DNA of 63,861 nt, counting the filler, from Polymyxa betae A26-41 (taxonomy: Eukaryota > Protista > Endomyxa: Phytomyxea): the NCBI GenBank assembly GCA_003693705.1. It is 6 parts of 6 records of this genome, joined end to end, with 100 filler letters (N's around TTAATTAATTAA, not from the genome) between each part and the next. Parts side by side here need not be neighbours in the genome. Positions count along the whole stretch, not along the records: positions 61,017 to 63,861 come from RBZT01000207.1; 5 more parts are not named here. One strand, written 5' to 3'. The notes below the pieces were generated by a model. That model saw nothing but the letters and a program-made list of their open reading frames with translations, ran no database searches and was not told the DNA's origin. The position numbers and the translations under genes are program-made. Below are positions 61,636-63,861 of this stretch, piece by piece; within the stretch, counting starts at the first letter, position 1; each line of letters begins with the position of its first letter.

Positions 61636-62237
61636 ACGAGGATGTGCGTCGCGGGGCCTCTGTCAAGTACACAACGCACTTGGTCTTGATGGATCACGTC
61701 CACAGTCTGGCCTTGACTACCAGAATCTTTGTATCTTGGGCGGTTTTTCTTAAACCCCGTGGCCAGCCAATCCTGAGGACAATGAGGACAAAATATGAGC
61801 TGAACTTAACAGAAAGAAGTGCAGATAGGGACTGAATAAACGAAATCAACTGTGAAAGGGGCTGCGAATTTAAGATTTCTAATACACTTGTATCATACTG
61901 TGTGAATAATCGGGGCATCTATCACTGATGGATCTCTGTTGATCTCCGGATAATCGATCGAATAAACCAATAATAACAGTCGTAGAAGGGACACGATCCG
62001 CCCGCGCTTGTCGTTAAAACGGCCTTGATGGCTTTTAAAAAATCGTTGAGGTCGCTGGAGAGAGATGCGGCCTCCAGCTGTGTGATAATCGATCGGAATA
62101 GACGGTCATTTTACTCGGAGTTATCCCAGAACGCAGTTTGAATAATGCGAATAGCTGTTGGATGGACCTGGTCAGGGTTCGCAGAAGGCAGCGCTGATAT
62201 TAACCAGTTGAAACAGCAGGCATACTGAATGTGTTCT

Positions 62238-62444
62238 TCAATGAAAACAATATATCCAGGCTGCATCGAGTCTAGAGCTAAGTCCCATAATCAATAAAGT
62301 TATCTGGTTTTCGGTGTCATTATTACCGAGATTGTACAGCGGGAGCTCGTTCAGGATCGAAATTCGATTTTCAGAGGATAATTTACAGAACGATGTTTGC
62401 ATGAACGACCCTACAAGTGTCACGATTATCCAGATAGACTTCAA
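62238..62444 (-). pseudogene. Relic of another signal-peptide + F-box-like gene
   Basis: (TTG)KSIWIIVTLVGSFMQT then SFCKLSSENRISILNELPLYNL. Early stop. Confidence 0.35.
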
Positions 62445-63599
62445 ACTTCGCGTAAAGAAAAATCCAAGATAGAAGCTCCTGATTGGTGGATCCGGCAATT
62501 ACCGTCCGTGCTGGACCAGCAACGGACTTGTGATGAAACAGGCTATCCATGGTAGTATCAGGTCTTGATCGATATTAAGATAGGAGAGTAACGATTAGAA
62601 AAGATCTGCATTTTCTTCATTATAAAGATCACTATTTCCCAACACAGTCGCTATTCGCTACTCCGCATACTCGTTTTACACTGCGTAACACATTTCAGAG
62701 ACAGACATACAAAATTAGACGATTGTTTGATGAACTCTGAGTGATTTTCATTACAAAACGACACCGAGTTTTTATAGCCGGCTTCATCGCCCTCGGAGTG
62801 ATTCCAACTCGACTCCTGGAAATCTTACTGTCGTGAATGGAGTCAATTGAGTTGCTTCAACTCGACTCGAATCAAGTTAGGTGTATCTCTAAGAGCAATA
62901 TGGTGTAAAAGGCGCAGCATTTGGGTATTTCGAAAAAAAGCATCGTTTCTCAGAAGGAATCCCTACTCTGGTTGATGGGACGAGCCAACCAGCCCAGCAA
63001 AGCGGTGATTTGCATTGGCGACAGAATCTCTTATATGCAAAAAGATAATATAATCAATCTCTGCATTTCACGGCCTAAATTCGGGTTATTGTCTCTCTGG
63101 CATATTGGGAAAAACGTCCGCAATCTACATCATATTCCGGTAATTATCTGTTAACTGCGAATGTCAGACTGATGGAGATCGAGTTAACAGCAAGGCAGCA
63201 GCGTTTTGTATGAACCAATCGATGCGAGCTTTTCGAAATCGGAAATTCTGATGCGAATCGATCTTAATGTTTATAGAACTCATTCTGATTGGCGCTGTCG
63301 TTTGATAGATCTCATCATGATGGATGCTGAATCGAGTCAGTTCGATGAAAGAAGATTATGTCTCTGGGATGTATTATTGACCGGTCTTATACTTCACATT
63401 TCAGCAGCCGCTTTTCCATCTTCGTATCCACAATTCATGAGGTCGGATTCCGGTTTTCAATACAAAAAAGATTCTCCGGCCGATCGGGAACTGTAAGGTC
63501 ACATTGCAGATCTTAGATGGAGATGATCTCCTGATGGGCAGAATACAGCATGGAGATCCACGCAACTGCTCGATGTTGAAAAGGCGACTCGGATGGAGG

Positions 63600-63861
63600 C
63601 CGACTCATGGCTCACCCCTGCCTGTGACGCCACTGAGATTCAAGGCGAAATCTTTGACGACAGGCTCCGCGGTTGCCATGCTGACGATCGAAGACCTGCA
63701 TCGGCGTTGTGGACACACAAATATCGGAACGATTCTCGAAATGGTCCGAGCTCAGATAATACCTACACCTGTGTCGGAAAAGATGGAGAAGTCATGTGTA
63801 ACGTGCGCAAAGGGCAAGCTTACAAGGGCGGCTTTCCCCAAAAGGTCGACCGAGGTGGCTC
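63600..63861 (+). mobile_element. Ty1/copia GAG-pre-integrase fragment, runs off the window
   Basis: LHRRCGH...SCVTCAKGKLTRAAFP. Confidence 0.75.

Overview
Eukaryotic (protist-like) genomic DNA made of six scaffolds joined by artificial 100-bp N/TTAATTAATTAA spacers (20722, 37198, 42862, 55317, 60917), so adjacency across those points is meaningless. The first 17.5 kb is a very gene-dense block with short GT-AG introns: a Kelch protein, a J-domain protein, a hevein/CBM18 membrane protein, UBR7, a CBS protein, a coiled-coil protein, a conserved unknown protein, a Wee1-like kinase and a UBR1-type N-recognin E3. The rest is gene-poor and transposon-rich. It holds BET3/TRAPPC3, a lineage-specific F-box-like family (two members with signal-peptide-like N-termini), an acidic Trp-rich orphan, a small membrane protein, tRNA-Leu(UAA), and deeply nested Ty3/gypsy, Ty1/copia, hAT, piggyBac-like, Tc1/IS630-like and MITE insertions, several with readable TSDs. 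The best candidates for novelty are: (1) an intact copia element 11 bp upstream of a tRNA gene whose PBS matches the anticodon arm of tRNA-Lys(CUU); (2) a gypsy lineage with no TGG primer site but a positionally conserved LTR hairpin; (3) possibly secreted F-box-like proteins; (4) an unassigned, fully closed multi-branch RNA structure ending in a T-run. The organism cannot be identified from the sequence alone, and all alignments and folds were done by eye.
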